This document shows, in pieces, positions 18,724-29,600 of a stretch of DNA of 64,000 nucleotides. The stretch spans positions 4,576,001-4,640,000 of the forward strand of contig OZ241867.1 in the NCBI GenBank assembly GCA_965203175.1. The letters are read 5' to 3'. Below the pieces are notes generated by a model, which saw nothing but the letters and a program-made list of their open reading frames with translations, had not been told where the DNA came from and made no database searches. Origin of the DNA: Candidatus Latescibacterota bacterium (GTDB taxonomy: Bacteria; Latescibacterota; UBA2968; UBA8231). The stretch's first letter is position 1, and each line of letters starts with the position of its first letter. A program made the position numbers and the translations under genes.

Positions 18724-19467
18724 CTACTCCTTGTAAGCGACTACGCGCAGACGCCAGTAATCGGCGTGCCAGCCCCCATCGCCATACAATACCGAGCGGA
18801 CAGCGTCTTCCACTGCGTCCCACAGCTCTTCGCGCATCGAGGGAGGAACATCCGCAGTAAGTGCCTCGGCGAACATCTCCAACCAGTCGCGCAACCCACT
18901 CGCACCCTCTAGGGGCGTTGGACGGGGAAAGTGGCTGGCATAAGCAACGCGCAGCCCGGCCTGCTCCACGAGCCGCGCGTACTCCCCCAAGCTGGGAAAA
19001 TACCAAGGCGACTGCGGATGAAAGCCCCGAGTGGCCAATTGGTCAATCAGCCCTTGGCTGATGGTAGCAATGTTCCGCGCTCCCCCCAGCTCGGCGACAA
19101 AACGCCCACCCTGCCCCAGACAAGCGGCAATGCACGCAAGTGCCTCTTCCGGCGGCTTGACCCAGTGCAGGGCGGCGTTGGAAAAAACCGCATCGAACGG
19201 CTCGGCAAAGGAAAATTCCCGCGCATCGCCGACGGCAAAAAACAGGCCCGGGAACTGCTCGCGGGAGGCCTCGATCATCTCGGCCGACAAGTCAATACCC
19301 ACGACCTCAGCTCCGGTTGCGGCAATCTGGGCACTCAGCTGCCCCGTGCCGCAACCCAAGTCGAGGACGCGTTCCCCGACTTGAGGAGCCAAGACTTCCA
19401 CCAAGTCGGCACCCGCGGCGGTGACATAGTGATGTTTGGCTTGGTAGCGCTTAGGGTCTTGAAACAT
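18724..19467 (-). CDS. Class I SAM-dependent methyltransferase (Tam-like)
   Basis: VLDLGCGTG, FDAVFSNAALHW, ADYWRLR. Confidence 0.9.
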   Translation of the reverse strand: MFQDPKRYQAKHHYVTAAGADLVEVLAPQVGERVLDLGCGTGQLSAQIAATGAEVVGIDLSAEMIEASREQFPGLFFAVGDAREFSFAEPFDAVFSNAALHWVKPPEEALACIAACLGQGGRFVAELGGARNIATISQGLIDQLATRGFHPQSPWYFPSLGEYARLVEQAGLRVAYASHFPRPTPLEGASGLRDWLEMFAEALTADVPPSMREELWDAVEDAVRSVLYGDGGWHADYWRLRVVAYKE

Positions 19468-19468
19468 A

Positions 19469-20458
19469 TCAACTCAAGAGGTCGGCGATGACCGCACGCT
19501 CCTCTTTGAGCTCGTCTTCGGTAGCCTTGATCTTCGCACGGGCGAAGTCGCTCAGTTCCAAGCCCTGCACGATTTCCCAGCCACCTTGACCGTCGCTGCG
19601 AATGGGGAAGGAAAACATCAACCCTTCGTCGATCCCGTAGCTGCCGTCCGAATAGACGCCAGCCGAGAAAAAGTCGCCCGCAAGCGTGGCGCTTTCAACA
19701 CTGACAATGTGGTCGAGTGCGGCATTGGCCGCCGACGCAGCCGACGACAAGCCACGGGCGTCGATGACGGCCGCGCCCCGCTGCTGGACGATTTGGATAA
19801 ATTCCTCTCGCAACCAAGCGTGATGGCCTATGACGTCGTATGCTGGGTGCCCCTCAATCCGCGCGTTTTCGGCATCTGGGTATTGCGTGGCGCTGTGGTT
19901 ACCCCAGATGGCCATATTGGTTACCGCCAAGACCTTGACTCCAGCCTTTTGGGCGAGCTGGGCTTGAGCTCGGTTTTGATCTAGCCGGGTCATAGCCTGG
20001 AAGCGGTCTCGGGGGATGCCGGCCTTGTGGCCGTGGCTCATGGCGATCAAGCCATTGGTATTAGCTGGATTACCCACCACCAAGACTCGCACATCCGCGG
20101 CGGCCCGGGCTAGAGCCTGACCTTGGCCGACGAATATCGGACCGTTTTCCCGAATTAAGTCTCCCCGTTCCATACCGGGGCCGCGCGGCTTGGAGCCAAT
20201 TAGCAATCCCCAATTGATCCCGTCAAAGGCCTTTTCAGCTTGGTCGGTGATCACGATGTCGTCGAGGAGTGGAAAGGCGCAGTCGTCGAGCTCCATAACT
20301 ACGCCTTCTAAGACTTTGAGCGCCGGAGTAATCTCCAGCAAGTGCAGCGAGATTCGGACGTCGCGACCAAAAACCTCGCCCGAGGCCAAACGCGGCAATA
20401 TAGCATAGCCGATCTGGCCAGCCGCCCCAGTGACGGCTACTTTCACAGTGCGTGCCAT
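19469..20458 (-). CDS. mdh: Malate dehydrogenase (type 2)
   Basis: VAVTGAAGQIGY, PRGPGMERGDL, VVGNPANTN, IWGNHSATQYPD. Confidence 0.96.
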   Translation of the reverse strand: MARTVKVAVTGAAGQIGYAILPRLASGEVFGRDVRISLHLLEITPALKVLEGVVMELDDCAFPLLDDIVITDQAEKAFDGINWGLLIGSKPRGPGMERGDLIRENGPIFVGQGQALARAAADVRVLVVGNPANTNGLIAMSHGHKAGIPRDRFQAMTRLDQNRAQAQLAQKAGVKVLAVTNMAIWGNHSATQYPDAENARIEGHPAYDVIGHHAWLREEFIQIVQQRGAAVIDARGLSSAASAANAALDHIVSVESATLAGDFFSAGVYSDGSYGIDEGLMFSFPIRSDGQGGWEIVQGLELSDFARAKIKATEDELKEERAVIADLLS

Positions 20459-20614
20459 GTATTCCTCCTAAAAAAGGCAGTTTCTAGACAGAGAAAATTT
20501 GCCAAAAAAAATCGTTCTGTGCAACGCGAGCCCAGCCCTTGCTCACACCTTGGCGGGGTGTTTATTCTAGGGCTTTATTTCCAAACACGGCCCTCGGGCG
20601 AAAGGACGGCCATT

Positions 20615-21775
20615 ATGAGCGGCGACTTCGACCTCATCATCCAAGGTGGGCATCTAATTGACCCCAAAAACGATCTCGACGGACCAGCCGATATTGCCAT
20701 CCAGGACGGGCTAGTCGCTGCGGTCGCCGACCGAATCGAGTGCAGTTCGGCAAAGATCATAGACGCGTCTGGACTCTATGTAACCCCGGGATTGATCGAT
20801 ATCCACGTCCACGTCTATGGAGGGTATGGGGGCTGGCTCTTTCCCGACCAGCACGCCCTGCCCTACGGCGTGACCACCGTAGTAGATACAGGCGGCTCTG
20901 GGTGGAAGGATTTTGCCGACTTCAAGCGCACCATCATCGACCCCGCCCAGACCCGTGTCTTGGCCTTTGTCAATATCGTCGGTGCTGGCATGATCGGTGC
21001 TCCCGAGCAAGACATCAGCGAAATGGATCCTGCGCTCTGCGCCGCGGCGGTCGAGCAATACCGCGAGCACGTTGTCGGCACCAAGTCGGCCCACTTCGGC
21101 GGCCCGGGTTGGGAGTCAGCTGGCGGCGCGATCGAGGCGGCGCGACAGAGCGATTCCATCGCCATGATCGACTTTGCCCCCCAGCCCACTCGCTCGTACG
21201 AGGAATTGCTCGAGCGCATGAGCCCAGGGGACATCCACACGCACCTCTACGCCGCTCATATCCCCCTGCTCGACGCGAACAAAAAAGTCGCAAACTACGT
21301 GCGCCAAGCCCGACAGCGCGGCATCGTCTTTGACACAGGACACGGCAACGGTTCCTTCTGGTTTCGCATTGCCGTGCCTGCCATGGCCCAGAACTTCCCC
21401 CCGGATACCATCAGCACGGACCTACACAAGGCCAGTCGCATGCTGCCCAACGCCACCATGCCCATAACTATGTCCAAATTCCTGAACCTCGGCATGCCCT
21501 TCCAAGAGGCCGTCTATCGCTCGACATACAGACCTGCCGAGGTAATCAGACGCCCAGAGCTAGGCCACCTCAGTGTCGGAGCCGAAGCCGACTTAGCGGC
21601 TTTGGCTCTGCACGAAGGGGATTTTGCCTTTGTCGATTCGGGCCGGGCGCGCATGCTGGGTCGGCAAAAACTCGAATGCGAGCTAACGCTGAGAGCGGGT
21701 CGAGTCGTCTGGGACCTAAACGGCCGCAGCTTAGTGGACTGGGATAAGGCCGGCGAATACCGCCACCTTACTTAA
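20615..21775 (+). CDS. Amidohydrolase/deacetylase, dihydroorotase-like metallohydrolase
   Basis: PGLIDIHVH, GDIHTH, FDTGHGNGSF, TISTDLH. Start set at MSGDFD. Confidence 0.88.
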   Translation: MSGDFDLIIQGGHLIDPKNDLDGPADIAIQDGLVAAVADRIECSSAKIIDASGLYVTPGLIDIHVHVYGGYGGWLFPDQHALPYGVTTVVDTGGSGWKDFADFKRTIIDPAQTRVLAFVNIVGAGMIGAPEQDISEMDPALCAAAVEQYREHVVGTKSAHFGGPGWESAGGAIEAARQSDSIAMIDFAPQPTRSYEELLERMSPGDIHTHLYAAHIPLLDANKKVANYVRQARQRGIVFDTGHGNGSFWFRIAVPAMAQNFPPDTISTDLHKASRMLPNATMPITMSKFLNLGMPFQEAVYRSTYRPAEVIRRPELGHLSVGAEADLAALALHEGDFAFVDSGRARMLGRQKLECELTLRAGRVVWDLNGRSLVDWDKAGEYRHLT

Positions 21776-21801
21776 GACACGCAAGTGTCTTCGCAAACAA
21801 C

Positions 21802-21830
21802 TTGACGCAGCGCTACTCCTTATGTATAAT
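21802..21830 (+). promoter_or_regulatory. Near-consensus sigma70 promoter for the sigma factor gene
   Basis: TTGACG-17 nt-TATAAT. Confidence 0.75.
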
Positions 21831-21936
21831 CAGTTAGTTTCGCCTGTACCTATGCCACGCTTGCCATTGCACCGAGAGTATTTCGCTGCTGTGAGACACG
21901 GCACAAGACCTGCCGTGCAGGCAACTCCCCTGTACA

Positions 21937-22797
21937 ATGAGAGGCTCTATGCATAATCTGCACGACGAGGAAAACACCCTCCGACTCTATTTCGACGATA
22001 TTGCTGAGTCCACGCCCCTTTCGAGAGAACGCGAAGTAGAACTAGCCGATCGCATCAAAAATGGCGATATGCATGCCCGCGAAGAAATGATCAGCGCCAA
22101 TTTGCGGTTTGTCGTCGATGTGGCTAAGAAGTACCAAAACCGCGGTTTGTCCCTTTCCGACCTGATTAGCGCCGGTAATCTCGGCCTTATCACGGCAGCC
22201 GACCGCTTCGATGGCACGAAGGGCTACAAATTCATTTCATACGCGGTTTGGTGGATCCGCCAGTCCATTCTTCAAACCCTCGCCGAGCACGTGCGCACCG
22301 TGCGCCTTCCCCTCAACAAAGTCAGCTTACTCAAGGATATTTCCAAGGCCTCGCGCAAATTGGGCCAACATCGCGCCAGTGAGCCTGACATAGAGGAAAT
22401 CGCCGCCGAACTCGAAGTCCCGGCCGAAGAGGTTTTAGAGACCATCCTCAGCGCCCGCGCCGTGTGTTCGCTCGACGAGTCCTTTACTGACGACGACGAG
22501 CGCAGCCTGCTCAACACCTTGGCCGACAACACGGCCGCAGCCCCGGATGCCGACATTTTGAGCGAATCGGCACGAGAGCAGCTCGAAACGGCTTTGGAAA
22601 CCCTCGAGGAGCGAGAATTGCGCATTATCAGGCTCTATTTTGGCCTAGATGGCAACGAGGCCCTGACGCTCGAGGAAATCGGCGACATGATGAATCTCAC
22701 GCGCGAGCGCATCCGCCAGCTCAAAGAGCGGGCGCTCAGCAAGCTACGCCATCCTTCGCGGCACCAAGTGCTCAAAACGCTGGCTAGCGGCACCTGA
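21937..22797 (+). CDS. RNA polymerase sigma factor, RpoD/SigA family, lacking region 1.1
   Basis: ANLRFVV, KFISYAVWWIRQSI, RTVRLP, LTLEEIG…TRERIRQ. Confidence 0.95.
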   Translation: MRGSMHNLHDEENTLRLYFDDIAESTPLSREREVELADRIKNGDMHAREEMISANLRFVVDVAKKYQNRGLSLSDLISAGNLGLITAADRFDGTKGYKFISYAVWWIRQSILQTLAEHVRTVRLPLNKVSLLKDISKASRKLGQHRASEPDIEEIAAELEVPAEEVLETILSARAVCSLDESFTDDDERSLLNTLADNTAAAPDADILSESAREQLETALETLEERELRIIRLYFGLDGNEALTLEEIGDMMNLTRERIRQLKERALSKLRHPSRHQVLKTLASGT

Positions 22798-22810
22798 GAA
22801 TCTGCCGAAA

Positions 22811-22896
22811 GGGGGGATACCGAAGTGGTCAAACGGGGCAGACTGTAAATCTGTTGGCTTATGCCTTCGCAGGTTCAAATCCTGCTCCCCCCACCA
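22811..22896 (+). tRNA. tRNA-Tyr (GTA)
   Basis: GGGGGGA/TCCCCCC acceptor stem, anticodon arm GCAGA-CTGTAAA-TCTGT, long variable arm, GGTTCAAATCC, encoded CCA. Confidence 0.97.
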
Positions 22897-22904
22897 CTAA
22901 TACT

Positions 22905-22943
22905 AAAAAAGGCCGTTCCGTTTCGGAGACGGCCTTTTCTTTT
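22905..22943. terminator. Bidirectional intrinsic terminator
   Basis: AAAAAAGGCCGT…ACGGCCTTTT between the convergent tRNA-Tyr and hemW. Confidence 0.8.
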
Positions 22944-22972
22944 GCTGTAAGATCCAGATCCAAGCGCACTTA

Positions 22973-24100
22973 TTACTCCTCTTCCACGATCCGGTCCAGT
23001 TCCAAGCCCAAGGCGTCAGCCAGTAAAAATCCCGCCCGGGTCAAACGCAATCTCTGTCCTTCAAGCGCGACGTATCCAACTTTCTCCAGATCGTCAAAGC
23101 GCTTGCTGCTCTGCACTCGACCGACCTCTTCTTCAGTCAGTTCAATTCCCTCTATGGTGCGCAAACCCATCCATAGACGTTCCCTGCGAGCCGTGTCCGG
23201 GGCTATGGTCTCCCCCCCTGTGCACGGCGACTGGCCTTGGGCCATAGCGTCGAGATAGGCATTGAGATCACGTGTATTCCAAAATCGCTTCCCATCGACG
23301 AAGCTATGGGCCCCGAGGCCAACACCTAAGTAAGGAACTCCCGTCCAGTAGCTCCAATTGTGGCGCGAGCGGTAGCCAAGCCGAGCGTAGTTTGAAACTT
23401 CGTAGTGTTCATAGCCAGCCGCCACCAACCGAGCGTCAGTCCATTCCAAGGTGCGAGCTTGCCTGTCGTCCGCGACCGATTTCAGCAGGCCCTGACGCTG
23501 CCGTTGGGCGAAGATCGTGCCTTCTTCAATGGTGAGGCTATAGACCGAAAGATGCTCTGGAGCCAAGGCGATAGCCCGCTCGACGCTAAAGTGCCAATTG
23601 GCCTCTGAGACTCCAGGTACATTGGCCACCAAGTCCAAGCTCACATTGGCAAAACCAGCCGCTCTGGCCGCGGCATACGCCCTTTCGACATCGGCCGCGC
23701 TATGCTGCCGGCCTAAGTGTCGCAAATCGGCATCGCGAAAAGCCTGCGCACCAATGCTGATGCGGTTGAACCCCAGCGTCTTTAGCCTTGCAAATTTCTC
23801 GCGGTCAACCGTTCTAGGGTTGACTTCAACGGAAATTTCCGCGTCTGGGTGTAGCCCTAAATGATTTTGAGCTGCCTCAAGCATCTGCCCAATTAACGTC
23901 GGCTCGACTTGGCTCGGGGTGCCTCCACCCAAGAACACAGTTTCCACAGGTCCCGACAAATGGGCCCAAGACTCAATTTCTCGGCAGACCGCCTCGGCAT
24001 ATAGGTCGTGGCGGTCTTCTTGGCCAACGACCGTGGCAAAGGCGCAGTAGGGGCAGCGTTGGGGGCAAAACGGCACGTGGATATAGAGGCCCAACGCCAT
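22973..24100 (-). CDS. hemW: Radical SAM heme chaperone HemW (HemN-like)
   Basis: LYIHVPFCPQRCPYCAF, GGGTPS, YEVSNYA, HNWSYW; follows lepA. Confidence 0.9.
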   Translation of the reverse strand: MALGLYIHVPFCPQRCPYCAFATVVGQEDRHDLYAEAVCREIESWAHLSGPVETVFLGGGTPSQVEPTLIGQMLEAAQNHLGLHPDAEISVEVNPRTVDREKFARLKTLGFNRISIGAQAFRDADLRHLGRQHSAADVERAYAAARAAGFANVSLDLVANVPGVSEANWHFSVERAIALAPEHLSVYSLTIEEGTIFAQRQRQGLLKSVADDRQARTLEWTDARLVAAGYEHYEVSNYARLGYRSRHNWSYWTGVPYLGVGLGAHSFVDGKRFWNTRDLNAYLDAMAQGQSPCTGGETIAPDTARRERLWMGLRTIEGIELTEEEVGRVQSSKRFDDLEKVGYVALEGQRLRLTRAGFLLADALGLELDRIVEEE

Positions 24101-24158
24101 TATTTACTTTTTCGGGATTAAGGGAGTCGGGATCGGCAAGTACGCCTCTTGCTCGTAA

Positions 24159-25955
24159 TTAGGCTTCCATCTTGAGCGCGGCCAAAAACGCTTCTTGGGG
24201 GATTTCCACCTTCCCAAACTGCTTCATGCGCTTCTTGCCTTCCTTCTGCCTTTCGAGCAATTTGCGCTTGCGAGTCACGTCGCCGCCGTAGCACTTGGCG
24301 GTCACATTTTTGCGGAACGGCTTGACCACCTCACGGGCAATCACCTTACTCCCCACCACCCCTTGGATGACCACTTCGAACATCTGTCGTGGAATCAACT
24401 CCTTGAGCTTTGTGCAGAGCTGCCGACCCCACTCATAGGCCTTGTCGCGATGAATGATCACCGAGAGCGCGTCCATCGGCTCGCCATTGATCATAATGTC
24501 GAGCCTAGATAGTAATCCGGCTCGCATCTCTAGATGCTCGTAATCGAATGATGCATAGCCTCGCGACACCGACTTGAGGCGGTCGTAAAAGTCGATCACT
24601 ACTTCGGCCAAAGGCATCTCAAAGCTCAGGATAGCTCGGCTACCGTCGAGATACTCGGTATTGCGGTAGCTCCCGCGCCGCTCAGTGCAGATTTTCATCA
24701 CGGCACCGATATATTCCCTCGGCACCAAGATCTGGACGGCGAGAATCGGCTCGCGCACCTGGTCGATCTCAGTAGCAGGCGGCAACAAAGAGGGATTGTC
24801 CACGTCGATCAGTTGCCCGTCCTTGGTCAGAATCTCGTAGAGCACATTGGGCAGGGTCGTGATGATTTCGACCTGGTACTCGCGGTCGAGGCGCTCCTGG
24901 ACGATTTCCATGTGCAGCAGCCCTAAGAAGCCGCAACGAAAACCAAATCCCAACGCGGGGGAAGTTTCCGGCTCATAGGAGAACGCGGCGTCGTTGAGCT
25001 TGAGTCGCTCTAAGGCGTCGCGTAGCACCTCATAGTCCTCTGGGACAACGGGATAAAGACCGCTGAAGACCATAGGTTTAAGCGGTTGGTATCCAGGCAA
25101 TGGCTCCACTTCAGTCTCTGCATCAACAACCGTGTCACCGACGTGAGCCTCGGCCAACTCTTTGATTCCAGCGATGAAATAGCCGACTTCACCCGTCTCA
25201 AGTGCTTGGGCCGGCACTCGGTTTAAGACTAAGTGACCGACTTCCTCGACTTCGTAGTGTCGTCCGGTGGAGTGAAAGCGGATTTTCTGCCCCTTGTGGA
25301 TGCGTCCATCAACGACTCGGATAAAACAAACGACGCCTCGGTACTGGTCGTAGAGCGAGTCAAAAACCAGTGCCCGTAACGGCTCCTGCTGACGCCCGGT
25401 CGGCGCTGGTATGCGGTCGACAATAGCTTCCATCACTTCCTCAATCCCAATCCCTTCCTTGGCGCTGATTTGCAAAATATCCTCGGCTTCACCCCCTAGC
25501 AGATCGAGCACCTGTTGCTGCACCGCTGCGGCCTGAGCAGCGGGCATATCGATCTTGTTGAGCACTGGGATGACGACCAAGTCGCTATTTAACGCCAACA
25601 GCAAATTGCTCACGGTCTGGGCTTCTACGCCCTGTGTGGCGTCGACAACCAAAATAGCCCCTTCGCAGGCGGCCAAACTACGCGACACCTCATAGGTAAA
25701 ATCCACGTGTCCCGGCGTGTCGATCAAGTTGAACTGGCAGATTCTACCGTCGGTCGCCTGATAGTGCATTCGCACGGCGTGGGCCTTGATTGTAATGCCC
25801 CGCTCCCGCTCTAAATCCATGCTGTCGAGTACCTGCTCCTGCATCTGTTTAGCTGTCAGGGTCGCAGTTTTTTCAAGCAGGCGGTCCGCTAGCGTTGATT
25901 TGCCGTGATCAATGTGGGCAATGATGGAGAAATTGCGAATCTGCACGATACTCAT
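24159..25955 (-). CDS. lepA: Translation elongation factor 4
   Basis: [45 protein letters not shown]. Confidence 0.98.
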   Translation of the reverse strand: MSIVQIRNFSIIAHIDHGKSTLADRLLEKTATLTAKQMQEQVLDSMDLERERGITIKAHAVRMHYQATDGRICQFNLIDTPGHVDFTYEVSRSLAACEGAILVVDATQGVEAQTVSNLLLALNSDLVVIPVLNKIDMPAAQAAAVQQQVLDLLGGEAEDILQISAKEGIGIEEVMEAIVDRIPAPTGRQQEPLRALVFDSLYDQYRGVVCFIRVVDGRIHKGQKIRFHSTGRHYEVEEVGHLVLNRVPAQALETGEVGYFIAGIKELAEAHVGDTVVDAETEVEPLPGYQPLKPMVFSGLYPVVPEDYEVLRDALERLKLNDAAFSYEPETSPALGFGFRCGFLGLLHMEIVQERLDREYQVEIITTLPNVLYEILTKDGQLIDVDNPSLLPPATEIDQVREPILAVQILVPREYIGAVMKICTERRGSYRNTEYLDGSRAILSFEMPLAEVVIDFYDRLKSVSRGYASFDYEHLEMRAGLLSRLDIMINGEPMDALSVIIHRDKAYEWGRQLCTKLKELIPRQMFEVVIQGVVGSKVIAREVVKPFRKNVTAKCYGGDVTRKRKLLERQKEGKKRMKQFGKVEIPQEAFLAALKMEA

Positions 25956-25998
25956 ACGGTTTGGTAGGTAAAGTTAGTGGGAAAGACTCGGCAAGCAG

Positions 25999-26625
25999 TC
26001 AGGATATGCGCTGGCGATACAGGCTCTGATCTACCACGCTAGCCATCTGCCACACATCTAAGGGGAGAGCGAGAAAGGTCTTGATCTCGTGGCTCGTAGC
26101 AAGCGGGTCGCGCAAGACAGCGGCGTAGTCGACATAAAGCACCTTCATTTGCGGGTGCTCCGCCAACCACTGTTGCACTGCACTCAAGTGCCGACCGAAG
26201 GCGGCGGCCATCTCGGCGTCGGAAACCCGGTCACAGGGCCGTCCTCGCCGCGCTAACATCGCCCGCTGCGAAGCTAAAATCTCGTCCATTTTCCGAAGGG
26301 CAAACACGATTTTATATGGCCTGTGAGGCGGCAATTGGTCGAGCAATTGGGATATGACCTTGACAGCTTTACCCCTCGCCGATTCGAGCCATGCTGTGTC
26401 TCTTTCTAGCTGCTTAACCTTCTCGAATTCGTAATATCCCCCGGGATTGTCGGCATCGGCCGCGCGGATACCGTCTGTTAGGGGCGGCAATCCGCCCGCA
26501 GCCAACATCTTCATCAGCATCGAGGTACCAGACCGGGGTAAGCCGGACACAATAGTTATGTACTCGCCCGGCTGTGGAAGTGAGGTGGGATGAGAAGGCA
26601 AAGTAAAGACAGCATGACACGACAC
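25999..26625 (-). CDS. Sulfotransferase family protein (start uncertain)
   Basis: 5'-PSB loop VSGLPRSGTSMLM, NPGGYYE, R..DEILASQ. Confidence 0.82.
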   Translation of the reverse strand: MSCHAVFTLPSHPTSLPQPGEYITIVSGLPRSGTSMLMKMLAAGGLPPLTDGIRAADADNPGGYYEFEKVKQLERDTAWLESARGKAVKVISQLLDQLPPHRPYKIVFALRKMDEILASQRAMLARRGRPCDRVSDAEMAAAFGRHLSAVQQWLAEHPQMKVLYVDYAAVLRDPLATSHEIKTFLALPLDVWQMASVVDQSLYRQRIS

Positions 26626-26663
26626 ACGCTTCCAAAGCTTAGCTCCGGAAGCGTGTGTCGTGT
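26617..26663. repeat. Perfect 17-bp inverted repeat (hairpin) between the adhesin and sulfotransferase genes
   Basis: ACACGACACACGCTTCC-13 nt-GGAAGCGTGTGTCGTGT. Confidence 0.9.
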
Positions 26664-26682
26664 ACTACATGGTGTGTGTCAA

Positions 26683-29600
26683 TTAAAAAACCAGACGCCC
26701 ACGCAACAGGAGTCCATGCGAGGCACCGGCCATGCGCTGCCAGCGAGAACTCTCTAGGCTCACTGACATCGCCGAATCCACTTCAAAGCGCGTACCTAAG
26801 CGCAACTGCATGCGCTCTGGCGCTTGCGTCATCCCGCTGTATACAGTGTATACTCCCCGACCGCCAAGTGCGGCTAAACCGTAGCCGACCTCGGCTCTAA
26901 GCTGGCCTTGCGCGTTCGCAACACCCCGGTCCGCTATCTCGGCTACGCTGCGCTCCCACAGCGTCAGGCTATTCGCCTGCGTACCGTAGGTCGGCATCAC
27001 CCGCAACGACAACCCTCGGCCACCGGTGCCTGCCGAGCGCTGGAGCAGCAGATGCGCACCCCATTCTTTGTACTCGGCCTCGTCGTTGCCGTCACTTACC
27101 AGGCTCCGCCCCATAGCTTCCAGCGTGAAGCCACCTCCCTCATAGCGCAGACCACCGCCAACTTCTACGCCGGATCCGGTCAGTCCGTCGCCGCCATCTT
27201 GGCGCAGAGCAACCTCTAACTCGGGTGTCACCTGCCCATCCATACCCGCTTCGTAAGCATGGGAAGCTTTGAGTGCCAGCCTCAAGCGGTTAGCACTCAC
27301 CGTCTCTTCGGCGATCCGGTTTCCTTGTCCATTCTCGACTGCTCCACCCTCGACTTCAACCTGTGCTACAGTAGCAGCAGCCTTGATCCGCAACTGAGTC
27401 GGACCACCGGAGAGCAAGTCTCCGCTAGCCCCTACACTTCCAGTCCGCAGCGACGTATCGCTCGACTGCTGGCCTACGGTTCCCTGTTGGTCGTCAATAT
27501 CAAGGTTGCCGCGTCCTAAGCCCGCCGTCAACCATACCCCCAACCGCCCTGGCGAGAACCCGACGTATGGATGCAGGCTCAACATGCGAGTCTCATAGGT
27601 ACCGTCGACTCGCTCTTCACCGAGCAACGGAGCGGTATAATCGAACGATCCTTGGGCCCACGACAGCGCCAAACCGGTTAGCATTTCGGCACCTGGCCGG
27701 GCGTCCAAACCAATCTGAGCACGGCTTAGGTTGCCTTCCCAATCCAGCGAACCATCGTCGCTAGACATTTGGCCGTAGTCTCCTCGGCCCCAGAATGTAG
27801 GACTGCCGGGACAAATAACGCATCCTCTACCGAAACCGAACGGCACCGCGAAGGACGAGCCATTCACAACCTGTGACATATTAACCGGGCGGTTCTCAAA
27901 GATTCGGCCGGATTGAATCAGGTCGTGGAGGGTAGACTCAGCGGCAAAGCTAAAAGACCTATTCACATCGCCGGCTCTGTCCATATGCTCAAGGCGATTT
28001 TCGATGGCGCGATTCGTTCCATCGGCGATAGCCAAGGCGTACTTGGACAAGATCTGTTTGTTGAGCTCCGAAAAACGGTCCGTAGCCGATTCTTCCACTC
28101 GGACCTCGAAGCTGAGGATAGCTGCGTCCTCAGCAGTCATATTGTCATCGGAGTCGTGGGCCGTATACGTCAACGTATACGTTCCGACCTCTGTCGGTGT
28201 GCCCGAAAGCATCGGCGACATGGGGTTGGGGTCAAACGTCAGACCCGGCGGCACGTTATCTAAGGTATACGTCAACTCGCCGAAATCGACCTCGCCATCC
28301 GGATTCAGCGAAAGCAAGTTGCCGCCCGAAGCCAAAGGCAACACCAAGTCTTCAATCGCCTCACCATCTATGTACGTCTGGTTGGCCACATCTCCGCTAA
28401 AGCTAGGCGCACCATCTACCGTTATGTGAAAGGTCAACTCAGCCGAATCGCCATCTTGGTCTTCCACCTGGTAGACCAAACGATACACGCCAGTGTGCGT
28501 CGGCGTGCCCGAAAGCGTCCGGGCTGCAGCGTCGAAGCTCAGACCCGGCACATTCATATCTAAACTATATGTCAAGTCGCCGTTGCCTCCCGCAGCCGCA
28601 GGGAATTCCCACGAATCCATCGCCTCATTCTGACGCAAGATTCGATCCTCAATGACCGCGTCAAAAAAGGTAGGATTGCCGTCGACTGTCAGGAAGAAGC
28701 TCAACTCAGCCGAATCGCCATCTTGGTCTTCCACCCGAAACGTCAACTCATATCCCTCGGCGGGATGCGACACATGAAGCTCCGGCGTACCCGAAATCGT
28801 CCGCGACGTAGCATCAAACGCCAGACCCGGCGGCAAATTCTCCTCACTCAAGCTATAGGTCAACTCGCCGTTGCCGCCCAAAGCCGCAGGCAACTCCAAC
28901 GGGGCCATTTCCTCCCCTTCAGGAACCCACTGATTCGTAATGGCTCCCTCAAAGAAGGGCATACCATTCACCGAAACCGTGAAGGTCAACGGGGCTGGCT
29001 CTTCGCCATCGACATCCGCCACCCGATACGTCAACGCATATGCCTCGGGAGAATATGACACATTAGGCGACAACTCACCCGAAATCGTCCGAGCCGTGGG
29101 ATTAAACGCCAGCCCCGGAGGCAGCTCCCCATCCAAGAAATATGTCAACGCTACATTCCCACCGACCGCCTCTGGCAACTCCAAGCTCACCGCCTCGCCC
29201 ACCGTGTACTGCTGATCTTCTACGACCTGATCGCCGAAGCTAGGTATGCCATTCACCGCAATCGTGAAGCGCAATGTCACAGCATCGCCATCGACATCCG
29301 TCACCCGATACGTCAACCCATAGCCCTCGGCAAGATACAAGTAATCGGCTGGCAGCGTACCTGAAATCGTCCGCGCCGCGCCATCAAACGACAGATCCGG
29401 CGGCAACTCCCCTTCCAGGGTATACGTCAACGCGCCATTCCCACCGACCGCTTCCGGCAAACCTAAGCTCACCTCATTGCCCGCCTCATACAACTGGTCG
29501 TCTACAACCTGAGCGTGGAAGCTGGGCATACCATGTATCACAATCGTGAATTCCAAAACGGCCGGCGCATCGCCATCCTGATCCGTCACCTGATACGTCA

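Noticed and set aside
21774-21791. AAGACAC-GCAA-GTGTCTT hairpin
   Set aside because: Short stem with no real U-tract; at most a weak terminator, so not listed as a feature.
22811-22896. tRNA-Tyr (and tRNA-fMet) as integration sites of an island
   Set aside because: I saw no integrase and no duplicated tRNA 3' end; housekeeping genes flank both tRNAs.
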